From an uncultured Acidobacteriota bacterium (lineage in GTDB: Bacteria; Acidobacteriota; Thermoanaerobaculia; UBA5066; Gp7-AA6), in contig CAVRUT010000003.1 in the NCBI GenBank assembly GCA_963724465.1, forward strand, positions 241,658-305,657: 64,000 bases of DNA, written 5' to 3'. The notes under the pieces are model-generated. The model had not been told where the DNA came from and made no database searches. It worked only from the letters and a program-made list of their open reading frames with translations. This document shows positions 63,788-64,000 of the stretch, piece after piece. Every line of letters starts with the position of its first letter. The first letter of the stretch is position 1. The translations under genes were made by a program, and so were the position numbers.

Positions 63788-64000
63788 ATGGACGAAACCG
63801 ACGACATCAACCGGCTCATCCGGGAGCTGAACGCGGAGCGCCCCGGCTCGGGCGCGATCGCCGGCGAGACGGTGGAAGCCGTCCGGCTCGACCGCTGGCT
63901 CGAGGAGCTCGTGCGGCGGGCGGGCAGCGATCTGCTCCTCGTGGCCGGCGCGGCGCCGGCCCTTCGGATCGACGGGAGCGTGACGCCGCTGGCCGCGCCG
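63788..64000 (+). CDS. PilT/PilB-family type IV pilus ATPase, N-terminal fragment running off the right edge
   Basis: MDETDDINRLIRELN...LVRRAGSDLLLVAGAAPALRIDGSVTPL resembles the ...ASDLHL..G.PP..R..G.. N-terminal region of PilT. Confidence 0.4.
   Translation, partial: MDETDDINRLIRELNAERPGSGAIAGETVEAVRLDRWLEELVRRAGSDLLLVAGAAPALRIDGSVTPLAAP

Overview
This is a 64 kb window of roughly 70% GC chromosomal DNA from a Gram-negative bacterium. The gene content (a giant Ser/Thr kinase next to an ECF sigma factor with a KRGGG motif, several radical SAM genes, many GTGA/TTGA overlapping gene junctions) suggests Acidobacteriota or a similar soil lineage, but that is only a guess. Most of the window is conserved housekeeping genes: cysK, an acyl-CoA dehydrogenase, ubiE, ettA, thiC with an upstream TPP riboswitch, an AddAB-like helicase-nuclease pair, sthA, a SulP transporter, tspO overlapping a photolyase, the mreBCD-mrdA-rodA-rng operon, ppiD, ruvAB and pepP. 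I found no rRNA, tRNA, CRISPR array, IS element or integrase.

The unusual parts are:
- a 5 kb island at the left edge with an LpxL-family acyltransferase, two radical SAM enzymes (one B12-binding, one SPASM-like) and an M64 peptidase;
- an ECF sigma factor divergent from a 1287-aa kinase, with the sigma gene truncated and followed by decayed beta-propeller blade repeats;
- a scattered set of genes that only read through after single-base frame corrections (the B12 radical SAM, the M64 peptidase, the sigma/propeller region, ppiD, and probably a lost stop in the LpxL-like gene). Long neighbours such as the kinase, ettA and addAB are intact, so each of these is either a real pseudogene or a local assembly indel.

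Many long Arg/Ala/Pro-rich ORFs in the six-frame track are antisense or off-frame artefacts of the high GC content and were not called.
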